From positions 39,246,001-39,310,000 of the forward strand of contig OZ370866.1 of NCBI GenBank assembly GCA_977070855.1: a stretch of DNA of 64,000 bases. Reading direction: 5' to 3'. Made by a program: the position numbers and the translations under genes. A model generated the notes under the pieces. It did no database searches. It was not told the origin of the DNA and saw only the letters and a program-made list of their open reading frames with translations. Positions 37,370-46,850 of the stretch are shown here, in pieces. Every line of letters starts with the position of its first letter. Positions within the stretch are counted from its first letter, which is position 1. Origin of the DNA: Antalis vulgaris. Its lineage: Eukaryota.

Positions 37370-37927
37370 ATGTCTGCTCACGTGTCTGTCTTCAAAGTCA
37401 ATGACGAAATACAGATTCATTTGTTCAAGAAGGATGTCGGATTTAAATTCACCACGAAAGAATGGGAATTGGTCAACAAGGCAGTGGAGGCTGCCATGAA
37501 AAGAAATCCTGTACAGCTGGCCACGAAGAGGCCAAGACTGGTGGAACCCGAAAAGGCCACTCACCAACTGGATAACAACCAGAAGAACCTCCAGAAAGAC
37601 GAAGAAACAATATCGACCAATGTACCATTGGAGAAACCGATGGCACCTGAAGCCACTAACCAACTAGACAGCAAGCAGAAGGTCGAAGGAACTAACGCTG
37701 CGCCGTTGGGGAAACCGATGGAACCTGAAGTCACCAACCAACTGGATAGCAACCAGAAGAAGGACGACGGAACAAACAATTTACCATTCAAGAAACCAAG
37801 ACTGATGGATCCAAAAGAAGCCACTAACCAAATAGATAGCAAGGTCCAAGGAACAATCCCTAACAAAACAACGACGACTGAAGCGAAGAATACTAAGAAG
37901 AACAAACGACTTGCACCAAAGAAATAA
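37370..37927 (+). CDS. Gene 4: candidate PC4-like ssDNA-binding N-terminus + four peptide repeats + basic tail (185 aa)
   Basis: HVSVFKVNDEIQIHL..GFKFTTKEWELV resembles the PC4 VSV..I.I..G..L...W pattern. Repeats of the form KP..PE.TNQLDS.QK. NLS-like KRPRL and KKNKR. Confidence 0.65.
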   Translation: MSAHVSVFKVNDEIQIHLFKKDVGFKFTTKEWELVNKAVEAAMKRNPVQLATKRPRLVEPEKATHQLDNNQKNLQKDEETISTNVPLEKPMAPEATNQLDSKQKVEGTNAAPLGKPMEPEVTNQLDSNQKKDDGTNNLPFKKPRLMDPKEATNQIDSKVQGTIPNKTTTTEAKNTKKNKRLAPKK

Positions 37928-38017
37928 GAGAAGAGATGGGCGAATTATGGACGATTCCTAGATGCCTTGGGCAAATGAACTGTACCTTATGTTTTGAACA
38001 CAACTGTAATTAATTTC

Positions 38018-38023
38018 AATAAA
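38018..38023 (+). terminator. Polyadenylation signal after the four-gene cassette
   Basis: AATAAA followed ~20 nt later by T/GT-rich TTTGCTTTTGTTATCTTTTC. Confidence 0.6.
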
Positions 38024-38074
38024 ATGAATTGAATGTTATATTTGCTTTTGTTATCTTTTCTTATAACCCTCACC

Positions 38075-38705
38075 TGAAAAAAACGGCCCCAAGTATACTG
38101 ACAATATAAGGTATCCAAGAAAATCGTGTGGGTTGAGGAATGGCAAAATGAGGCAATGAGGGGTATGAGGAATCCCTCATTGAGGACCCCTCACACCCCT
38201 CACTAAATTGAGGGAATATGAGGGGTATGAGGGCATACCCCTCACTAAATTGAGGTAATATGAGGATGTGAGGACCCCCTCAATGAGGGATTCCTCACAC
38301 GCCTCATAGCCTCATTAAGGATACTTAGACTCGACGTTATCCCTTTTAAGGATACTTTCCTACATTTAAAGGATACTTTAGTGAAATGAGGCAATGAGGG
38401 GCATGAGGAATCCCTCATTGAGGACCCCTCATACCCCTCACTAAATTGAGGGAATATGAGGGGTATGAGGGCATAACCCTCACTGAATTGAGGGAATATG
38501 AGGATGTGAGGACCCCCTCAATGAGGGATTCCTCACACGCCTCATAGCCTCATTATGGATACTTAAACACGACGTAACCCCTTTTGAGGGATGATATCTT
38601 ACATTTAAAGGATATTTTAACGAAATGAGGCAATGAGGGGCATGAGGGATCCCCCAATGTGTCATAACACATGGGCCTCATAGCCTCATAAAGGATACTT
38701 AGGTC
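38075..38705. repeat. GAGG/CCTC hairpin-rich array (~239-bp units) in the outer element
   Basis: AAATGAGGCAATGAGGGG recurs at ~38146, 38384 and 38623. Each unit holds the inverted pair GAGGAATCCCTCATTGAGG / CCTCAATGAGGGATTCCTC. Confidence 0.85.
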
Positions 38706-39228
38706 TGACCCTTTCATCGAAGGATACTTGTCTGCGTTTAAAAGAGGGGTACGAGGATTCTGAAAGAATTCGAGCCAGAAAAAATTTAGTGTTAGATGGC
38801 CAAGAAAATTACTATAGAATCCTATGGAAAACAAACACAAACGAAATCCTCGATTCTGATTGGTCCATTTCCAGTGATTTGATTGGTCAATGGCTACTTC
38901 CGACTGAAATCTTGATCCTCAGATCCCAAATGTGAAAAATTTATGCCTCAAATGTTCAACCAAAGGAGTGGAGAGGGGTCATTGAGTGCATCTTTTTGGG
39001 ATCCCCACCGCTCGGGGCCCGTCACTGCCGCTGGGGGCCCGTTGCCGCCTTCGCCGCCAGGGGTTTGGATCCTCGCTGCTGACGCCGCCTCCGCCACCAG
39101 GGGTCCCCTCTAGCGGCCTCGCCGCCGCCAGGGGGCCTCTCGCGCTACCGCATAGTGGGGCAGGGTGAACGACCAGTCGCCACCTGTAACAGGGCGAAAT
39201 CCCCGAAATTCCGGGCCAGAAAGAAGAG

Positions 39229-42200
39229 AGTAGTATAGCTCGCATGAAATAGACAACATTAGCCGGATCTCATTGCTGGATCTCATGTGACGTCACGGTC
39301 ACGTGACTGGGGGCAGCCATGTTGGGTTGTCATGGTAACCCACGTGCGCGGCCATGTTGTGACGTCATTACCATGGTGATGGAAGCACGTGCATAGCGCG
39401 TGTCGTCATGGAAACACGTGGTTCCGGTGCCGCCATATTGGTTTCTATGGTGTCACGTGGTTTCTAAGGTGCCACGTGGTTGCTAGGTACCCAAACTTCT
39501 TCCTATAAGACGGGGGACTAATTGGGGGAGCTGTTCGATTGAATGGGAGTATGTTCCGGAATCATCGAATTACCCAAATGAGCCCGACTTTACCGATTTT
39601 TCGGGAAATTTGCCCCGTTATGTTGTTTTCAAGCGAGTGTGTGGTACCTCTTAGGGACTGGGGGTCTGTTCGATTGAATGGGAGGGGGTCTGTTCGTTCT
39701 AAAGGGAGTAAAGAACCATGGAATTACCCAAAGGAGCCCGACTTTACCGATTTTTGGCCCTATATTTCACCCCATTGTGTTGGTTTTCAACCCAGTGTGT
39801 GGTACCTTTTAGGGACTCTGTTCGTTCACTCTGGCCCTACCATGCGGTAGCGCTAGAGGCCCCCCCCCCCCTCCCTGGCGGCGAAGCCGCTGGAGGGGAC
39901 CCCTGGTGGCAGCGGCGGCGAATCCGCTAGAGGGGACCCCTGGTGGCGGAGGCGGCGTCAGCAGCGAGGATCCAAACCCCTGGCGGTGGCGAAGGTGGCG
40001 ACGGGCCCCCAGCGACGAGGACCCTAGGGAGCGGCGACGGGCCCCCAGCGTCGAGGACCCTAGGGAGTGGCGGGGTCGGAGGCTCCCCCCCCCCCTTGGC
40101 CAGACTCGGATTCTTTCAGAATCCTCTTTTTTTCTTAAATTAAATAACAATCCAAACCCGTATTATCATACTCATTTACCCAAGTGACCGAATGCCATAG
40201 GCGGGGATCCCTACTGAGGTCTTTTGGTGGCGGTGGCGAAGGGTCCCCTGGCGACGGCAGCGTCGAGGACCCCTCTTTCCCATCAATAAATTGAATAAAA
40301 GGCTTTAATTAACATACTCATTCACTCAAGTGAAAAAAACGGCCCCAAGTATACTGACAATATAAGGTATCCAAGAAAATCGTGTGGGTTGAGGAATGGC
40401 AAAATGAGGCAATGAGGGGTATGAGGAATCCCTCATTGAGGACCCCTCACACCCCTCTCTAAATTGAGGGAATATGAGGGGTGTGAGGGCATACCCCTCA
40501 CTAAATTGAGGTAATATGAGGGTATGAGGAGTCCCTCATTGAGGCATTCCTCACACGCCTCATAGCCTCATTAAGGATACTTAGACTCGACGTTATCCCT
40601 TTTAAGGATACTTTCCTACATTTAAAGGATACTTTAGTGAAATGAGGCAATGAGGGGCATGAGGAATCCCTCATTGAGGGGGTCCTCACATCCTCACTAA
40701 ATTGAGGGAATATGAGGGGTATGAGGACATACCCCTCACTAAATTGAGGGAATATGAGGGTATGAGGAGTCCCTCAATGAGGGATTCCTCACACGCCTCA
40801 TAGCCTCATTAAGGATACTTAAACACAACGTTACCTCTTTGAAGGACACTATCTTACATTTAAAGGATATTTTAGCGAAATGAGGCAATGAGGGGTATGA
40901 GGAATCCCTCATTGAGGGACTCCTCATACCCTCATATTCCCTCAATTTAGTGAGGGGTATGTCCTCATACCCCTCATATTCCCTCAAGTTAGTGAGGATG
41001 TGAGGACCCCCTCAATGAGGGATTCCTCATGCCCCTCATTGCCTCATTTCACTAAAGTATCCTTTAAATGTAGGAAAGTATCCTTAAAAGGGATAACGTC
41101 GAGTCTAAGTATCCTTAATGAGGCTATGAGGCGTGTGAGGAATGCCTCAATGAGGGACTCCTCATACCCTCATATTACCTCAATTTAGTGAGGGGTATGC
41201 CCTCACACCCCTCATATTCCCTCAATTTAGTGAGGGGTGTGAGGGGTCCTCAATGAGGGATTCCTCATACCCCTCATTGCCTCATTTTGCCATTCCTCAA
41301 CCCACACGATTTTCTTGGATACCTTATATTGTCAGTATACTTGGGGCCGTTTTTTTCACTTGAGTGAATGAGTATGTTAATTAAAGCCTTTTATTCAATT
41401 TATTGATGGGAAAGAGGGGTCCTCGACGCTGCCGTCGCCAGGGGACCCTTCGCCACCGCCACCAAAAGACCTCAGTAGGGATCCCCGCCTATGGCATTCG
41501 GTCACTTGGGTAAATGAGTATGATAATACGGGTTTGGATTGTTATTTAATTTAAGAAAAAAAGAGGATTCTGAAAGAATCCGAGTCTGGCCAGGGAGGGG
41601 GGGAGCCTCCGACCCCGCCACTCCCTAGGGTCCTCGACGCTGGGGGTCCGTCGCCGCTCCCTAGGGTCCTCGTCGCTGGGGGCCCGTCGCCACCTTCGCC
41701 ACCGCCAGGGGTTTGGATCCTCGCTGCTGACGCCGCCTCCGCATCCAGGGGTCCCCTCTAGCGGATTCGCCGCCGCTGCCACCAGGGGTCCCCTCCAGCG
41801 GCTTCGCCGCCAGGGGAGGCCTCTAGTGCTACCGCATGGTAGGGCCAGAGTGAACGAACAGAGTCCCTAAAAGGTACCACACACTGGGTTGAAAACCAAC
41901 ACAATGGGGTGAAATATAGGGCCAAAAATCGGTAAAGTCGGGCTCCTTTGGGTAATTCCATGGTTCTTTACTCCCTTTAGAACGAACAGACCCCCTCCCA
42001 TTCAATCGAACAGACCCCCAGTCCCTAAGAGGTACCACATACACTCGCTTGAAAACAACATAACGGGGCAAATTTCCCGAAAAATCGGTAAAGTCGGGCT
42101 CATTTGGGTAATTCGATGATTCCGGAACATACTCCCATTCAATCGAACAGCTCCCCCAATTAGTCCCCCGTCTTATAGGAAGAAGTTTGGGTACCTAGCA

Positions 42201-42451
42201 ACCACGTGGCACCTTAGAAACCACGTGACACCATAGAAACCAATATGGCGGCACCGGAACCACGTGTTTCCATGACGACACGCGCTATGTATGTGCTTCT
42301 ATCACCCTGGTAATGACGTCACAACATGGCCGCGCACGTGGGTTACCATGACAACCCAACATGGCTGCCCCAGTCACGTGACCGTGACGTCACATGAGAT
42401 CCGGCAATGAGATCCGGCTAATGTTGTCCATTTCATGCGAGCTATACTACT
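39229..42451. mobile_element. Nested gene-less palindromic (fold-back) Maverick derivative, 3,223 bp
   Basis: Same 20-bp termini as the outer element. Own 6-bp TSD GAAGAG (39223-28, 42452-57). Arms ~39229-40800 and ~40889-42451 are near-perfect reverse complements. Confidence 0.9.
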
Positions 42452-44132
42452 GAAGAGAATTCTGGAGGAATTCGAGCCAAAATCGGTAAAGTCGGGCTCA
42501 TTTCGGTAATTCCATGGTTCCAAAACATACTCCACGTAGAACAAACAGACCCCAAAAGTACTCCCGCACCAATACGAGTCGATACCCATCGCATGCTACC
42601 ATAAATACCAACATAACGGGGTGAAATCCCCGAAAAATCGGGTCAAAACGGTAATGTCGGGCTCATTTGGGTAATTCGATGATTCCGGAACATACTACCA
42701 TTCAATCGAACAGCTCCCCCAATTAGTCACCCGTCTTATAGGAAGAAGTTTGGGTATCTAGCAACCACGTGGCACCTTAGAAACCACGTGATACCATAGA
42801 AACCAATATGGCGGCACCGGAACCACGTGTTTCCATGACAACACGCGCTATGCACGTGCTTCTATCACCATGGTAATGACGTCACAACATGGCCGCGCAC
42901 GTGGGTTACCATGACAACCCAACATGGCCGCCCCCAGTCACGTGACTATGACGTCACTTCCTAGGTCCGGCCCTAGGTCCGGGTGATAGGGGACGGTTCA
43001 TGCGAGCTATACTACTCTCAGCGCCCAACTGTATCCCCTCTCCTCGGTTACTCTTGGTATAACGGAACTAAATGCTTTTCCATAGTCGACCATTATAACG
43101 AAAATGCGTTTAACACACTGAATGAGACGTGACTGAACCCACGGGTTGGTATACAAGTCGGGAACAACCCTTCGGGCAACTTTTCCAGCAATGAAAAAGT
43201 GGGGTCATGCGTCAAATAAGAAAGAAAAATCGACAGAAATACAGGTACCCTGCTCGGACCACATTTTTCGAGATATTCCCAACTGAAATACAAGGTTTAT
43301 TTTTCGGCGAGGAAATCTATCCAGCTACCCAATTTATTGGCTGGTGTGTTCTGTACTGAACCTAGGATACAAACAAAAGGCTCCTGGTCTCGAACATATC
43401 CCTTCTACTTTCAATTTAGTGTAACTTCCGAACAGGGCCCGTAACTCTTCCAAATGTTCCAATTCAAGTTATGTTATACCAATAGTTCTGCGCCGTCCAT
43501 TCTCTGTCTGCTATAGTATTAGCCGCGGTAGAGTATTGTTCGACGATATCATCGGAGTTCCTACTTTTTGAGATGCACAGATACCTGTGGAGATTTTGAT
43601 AAATTTATCCACGAAGATCTGCCTAATCAGGAGATAAGACAGTTGGCATTAAAGAATTTGTGAGAAATTATTCCATAGAGTGCAGATAAATATACAGCCG
43701 TTTTGGCTTTCAGAAAAGTTTGAAGCCTTCACCGGTACAACTTATAATAATATTGTCAGATGGGGGATTTAGGAAGATATTATGAGAGAAGTTGCTGAGT
43801 TGACAAAATACTGAGACTCCGATAATTGTGTGGTTTGGCAATATTCGTCCACCCATAAACTTGTTACCGACACGATATGATCCTGTCTGTTGAAGTGTCG
43901 TTAAACACCAATAAATAAATTAATCGCTGTGTTGACTTTTGTCTAACGACTGAACCCCTATTTATATGTCGTTCCATCCCCATACTAGCGCTGGCATGGA
44001 ACAACGGGAAGTAAATCGGTGGATTGACTGTCGTTTTGTCCGCTATTCGGTAGCTTTCCTTTCATCCTCATGTATAATTAAATTAACAGCCAAGTTGGAT
44101 TGTCAATATTTGTATTCACTTTTATTTTTCAG

Positions 44133-44167
44133 AATTTCACAGAATGATGACGTCATGTTTGGAGTAA
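44133..44167 (+). CDS. Host EF-hand protein, last coding exon
   Basis: Acceptor TTTTATTTTTCAG. The phase-1 join gives KITFR-E-FHRMMTSCLE*, completing EF-hand 2. AATAAA at 44186-44191. Confidence 0.75.
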
Positions 44168-44669
44168 ACATATTTTCGGAAGTCCAATAAAACTGTTCTG
44201 GGATGTAATGAATGAGGGGATGCATTATTAAGGCCCATGACCGGAAAAGTTTCAAGCAGTGATTTTACATTTCCAATTATTAACTCAGATTTGTTTAACC
44301 TTATTTTAGCTTCCATTTTTGTTAACACCTGTACTTGATTATCTATATCCTGCCCAATTGAGCTGTCCAGCTGTCTTGTAATGGAAGATTATTTAACAAT
44401 AAGATTATACACTCTTCACTGTAGGATTAAAGTAATTAACAGATCACCATTCCTTTTGTGTACTGATTTATTTATTTATTGGTGTTTCTGCACAATAATG
44501 ACTAATCATGGCCGAGTGTACAGATTAATCTAAACAGAAATATGTCAGCATGAAATTATAACAAATGCTTTTAAGGCATCTTTTAAAGTGATTAGTGTAT
44601 TGTTTAGTGTTTTTATGTGGAGCAAAAATTCTTTGTTCAGTGTTAAAGCTTTTTTTTAGCAACAACATT

Positions 44670-45175
44670 TGATGACATGGCCCAAAATTACCTAAGTAAG
44701 CTACACTCAGAAAAAAGTGGTTCCCAATAATGTATTCATCTGAAAATTTAACCCATCCAAGCTTCTATTGATGATAATAACTAGAGCAAATATGAACAAA
44801 ATCGATCAGAAAATGAGAGCGCCACATAAGCGACAACATATGCTGACACAACCCAAGAGTGCCTAAGTCAGATTTTTCTGAAAAAAATTGAACCCATTCA
44901 AGATTTCTATAATGAAAGCGCTACATGAGCAACAACATATGATAACATGACCCAAGATTGCCTAAGGCAGGTACACTCTGAAAAAGTGGTTCCGAATGGC
45001 GGATTCGTCTGAAAATTGAACCTATCCGGGCCTTCATTGATGATAATAATTGGACAAAATGGTTAAAAATAACAGCGCTACGTGAGCAACAACATGTGTT
45101 GACAAACGGACTGACGGACTGAAGGACGGGTGAAAAACATTTTACCCCAGCAACTTTGTTGCGAACGGTATAATA
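44670..45175. repeat. HINE-like element with degenerate tandem units, (GACG/GACT)n tract and terminal hairpin
   Basis: Repeated CATGACCCAAGA..CCTAAG..GAAAATTGAACC units, then GACGGACTGACGGACTG and GCAAC-TTT-GTTGC. Confidence 0.45.
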
Positions 45176-45431
45176 ACTTTTGGACTCGTAGATACGCGCA
45201 TAAGCACGTGTTTTCATATCGACTTCTGTTTTGTTTTTTATTGTTCTTTTTTCTTGTTTCAATTTGTCAAAACCATTCTTTGTACCCGTGGGCGTACAAC
45301 AAGTTTTTTTTTTTAACATGTTGAATACTTTCACGTTAACGCTTGAAACAACATGTTATGTTAAATGAAATTTTATGAAAAAGAACAAAACTGGCATTCA
45401 AATCAATCACATTCGAAACGAAACAAAAAAG

Positions 45432-45990
45432 AGTAGAAAATGCACTCCAAGAGATGCCAACTTGCGCTCAGTTTCAACTTTTCAAAAAGGCAATGATGAT
45501 CATTGTATGACTGTGGCTCAGCTGGGGTCCCTACCCCAGCTCACCTTGAGGTCAGCTGGGGTAGGGGCTCCAGCTGGGCCACAGTCATCCAATGACTAGG
45601 GTAAAAATATACTTGTTGATCGGAAAAACAACTTTGCTAAGATTCTGTGCGTCACTTCATGACGTCAGCGTTATTGACGTCAATCTGCGAAATTTGAAAC
45701 GACATACTGACTGAAAAAAGACGTGCAAAATGTTATTTGCGATGTCAGTGGCGTCTCCTTTTTTACGATTTCTTAGCCTTGAAAAAGTGGCAAAATAAGT
45801 GTGTTTTCACTTTATAATCAAATTGTAGAGAATTTTTAAAAATCAATCTATCAAATTCGATTAAATACCACATGGAAACAACAGTGCAAATTTCAGCTCC
45901 AAGCACCACATGACTTCGGAGATTTTGAGATGACAAAGCGACACACACGACTGACCGCAGTTCTTGCGCTTCCCTGCCGAGGCGTAAGTA
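45432..45990 (-). mobile_element. HINE-like family C copy
   Basis: Reverse complement of 54506-55058. Confidence 0.72.
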
Positions 45991-46111
45991 AAAATACATA
46001 AGGACGACAAAGCATTTCTATTTCTCTCAGTTCATTATGAAGGCAACAGTAAACTGTCAGTCTGAACTTGTTTTATCAGTATACTTAATTTCTTCATCGA
46101 ATCTCTGTTAA

Positions 46112-46345
46112 ACCTTTACCCATAAAACGCCAAGAAAATTGACTTGAATAAAGCTTCCACAGATTATCTTGGGAGTTTTCTTAATAAAACCGTGCAAATA
46201 TGGGTATCATTGGAACCGGCTGAGTCAGCCGGTTCCAATGATACCCATATTTGCATGGTTTTATTGAGCTACACCAATCGAAATTTTCCAAAAATAGGCT
46301 ACGAGATTTTGTTAATTTATTTGACAAGTTGTGTTGGGTAAAGGG
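46112..46345. mobile_element. piggyBac-like TTAA MITE (family B), sharing TTAA 46346-49 with an adjacent family A copy (46350 to ~46535)
   Basis: Junction ...GGTAAAGGG|TTAA|CCCTATTCCCAA... Confidence 0.78.
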
Positions 46346-46548
46346 TTAACCCTATTCCCAACTCTTGGAGCAGACGACAGTCATGAAAAAAATGTTCGTA
46401 TAACTAAAAAAATGAATGCGTCACGCTCGTTCAAATGAGGTGTCACAACCTATCTTGTGGAAGCAAAAAATGAAAATCTAAAAAAAAAACGATTTTCGTG
46501 CAGAGCCCTGGCCGCATTTAGCCGTTACGTTAGCGCATATGACCACAT

Positions 46549-46850
46549 GAGGGAGCGTGATGGCTCAGTCGGTTAGGCATCAGATTTAAGATCTTGTGGT
46601 CAAAGGGTTCGTTTCCCACCGGCGGCGACATCGCGTTGTGTCCTTAGGTAAGGCACTTAATCCCCATTGCCTATGTGGGGGCATGGTGACACTGTGTGCT
46701 GAGACGTACTGCACGCAGAGGTGCACATGTCCTCAATCACTCTAAACCTGTCTGTGCCGGGTATTCGGGCTTCTTCCACTCGTAAACCTGTCACCGACAC
46801 GATGTGACCCTGACTGTTGAAGTGTCATTTAACACCAATATATAAATAAA
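46549..46850 (+). mobile_element. tRNA-derived SINE
   Basis: TGGCTCAGTCGG A-box, GGTTCGTTTCCC B-box, shared body and tail. Confidence 0.82.

Larger units (their letters stand above)
34935..43016. mobile_element. Non-autonomous Maverick/Polinton-type element (outer; 8,082 bp including the nested element)
   Basis: Termini AGTAGTATAGCTCGCATGAA...TTCATGCGAGCTATACTACT. Perfect 6-bp TSD CTCAGC (34929-34, 43017-22). ~700-bp TIRs. Polinton-like small ORFs. Confidence 0.9.

Noticed and set aside
38075..41361. GAGG/CCTC arrays as a CRISPR-like array
   Set aside because: There are no unique spacers (whole units repeat), no cas genes, and the context is eukaryotic.
39229..42451. Palindrome as a pure assembly or read fold-back artefact
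   Set aside because: It has its own 6-bp TSD, the arms differ by scattered substitutions and indels, and the outer TIR resumes correctly afterwards. Read-level confirmation is still advisable.
38979..42589. Short GC-rich ORFs in the TIRs and inner element
   Set aside because: They are low-complexity translations of repeats, mirrored on both strands, with no promoter or domain signal.
43500..43820. Coding-looking segment just after the Maverick (possible extra exon or retroelement relic)
   Set aside because: No sustained open frame, recognisable motif or convincing splice-site pair.
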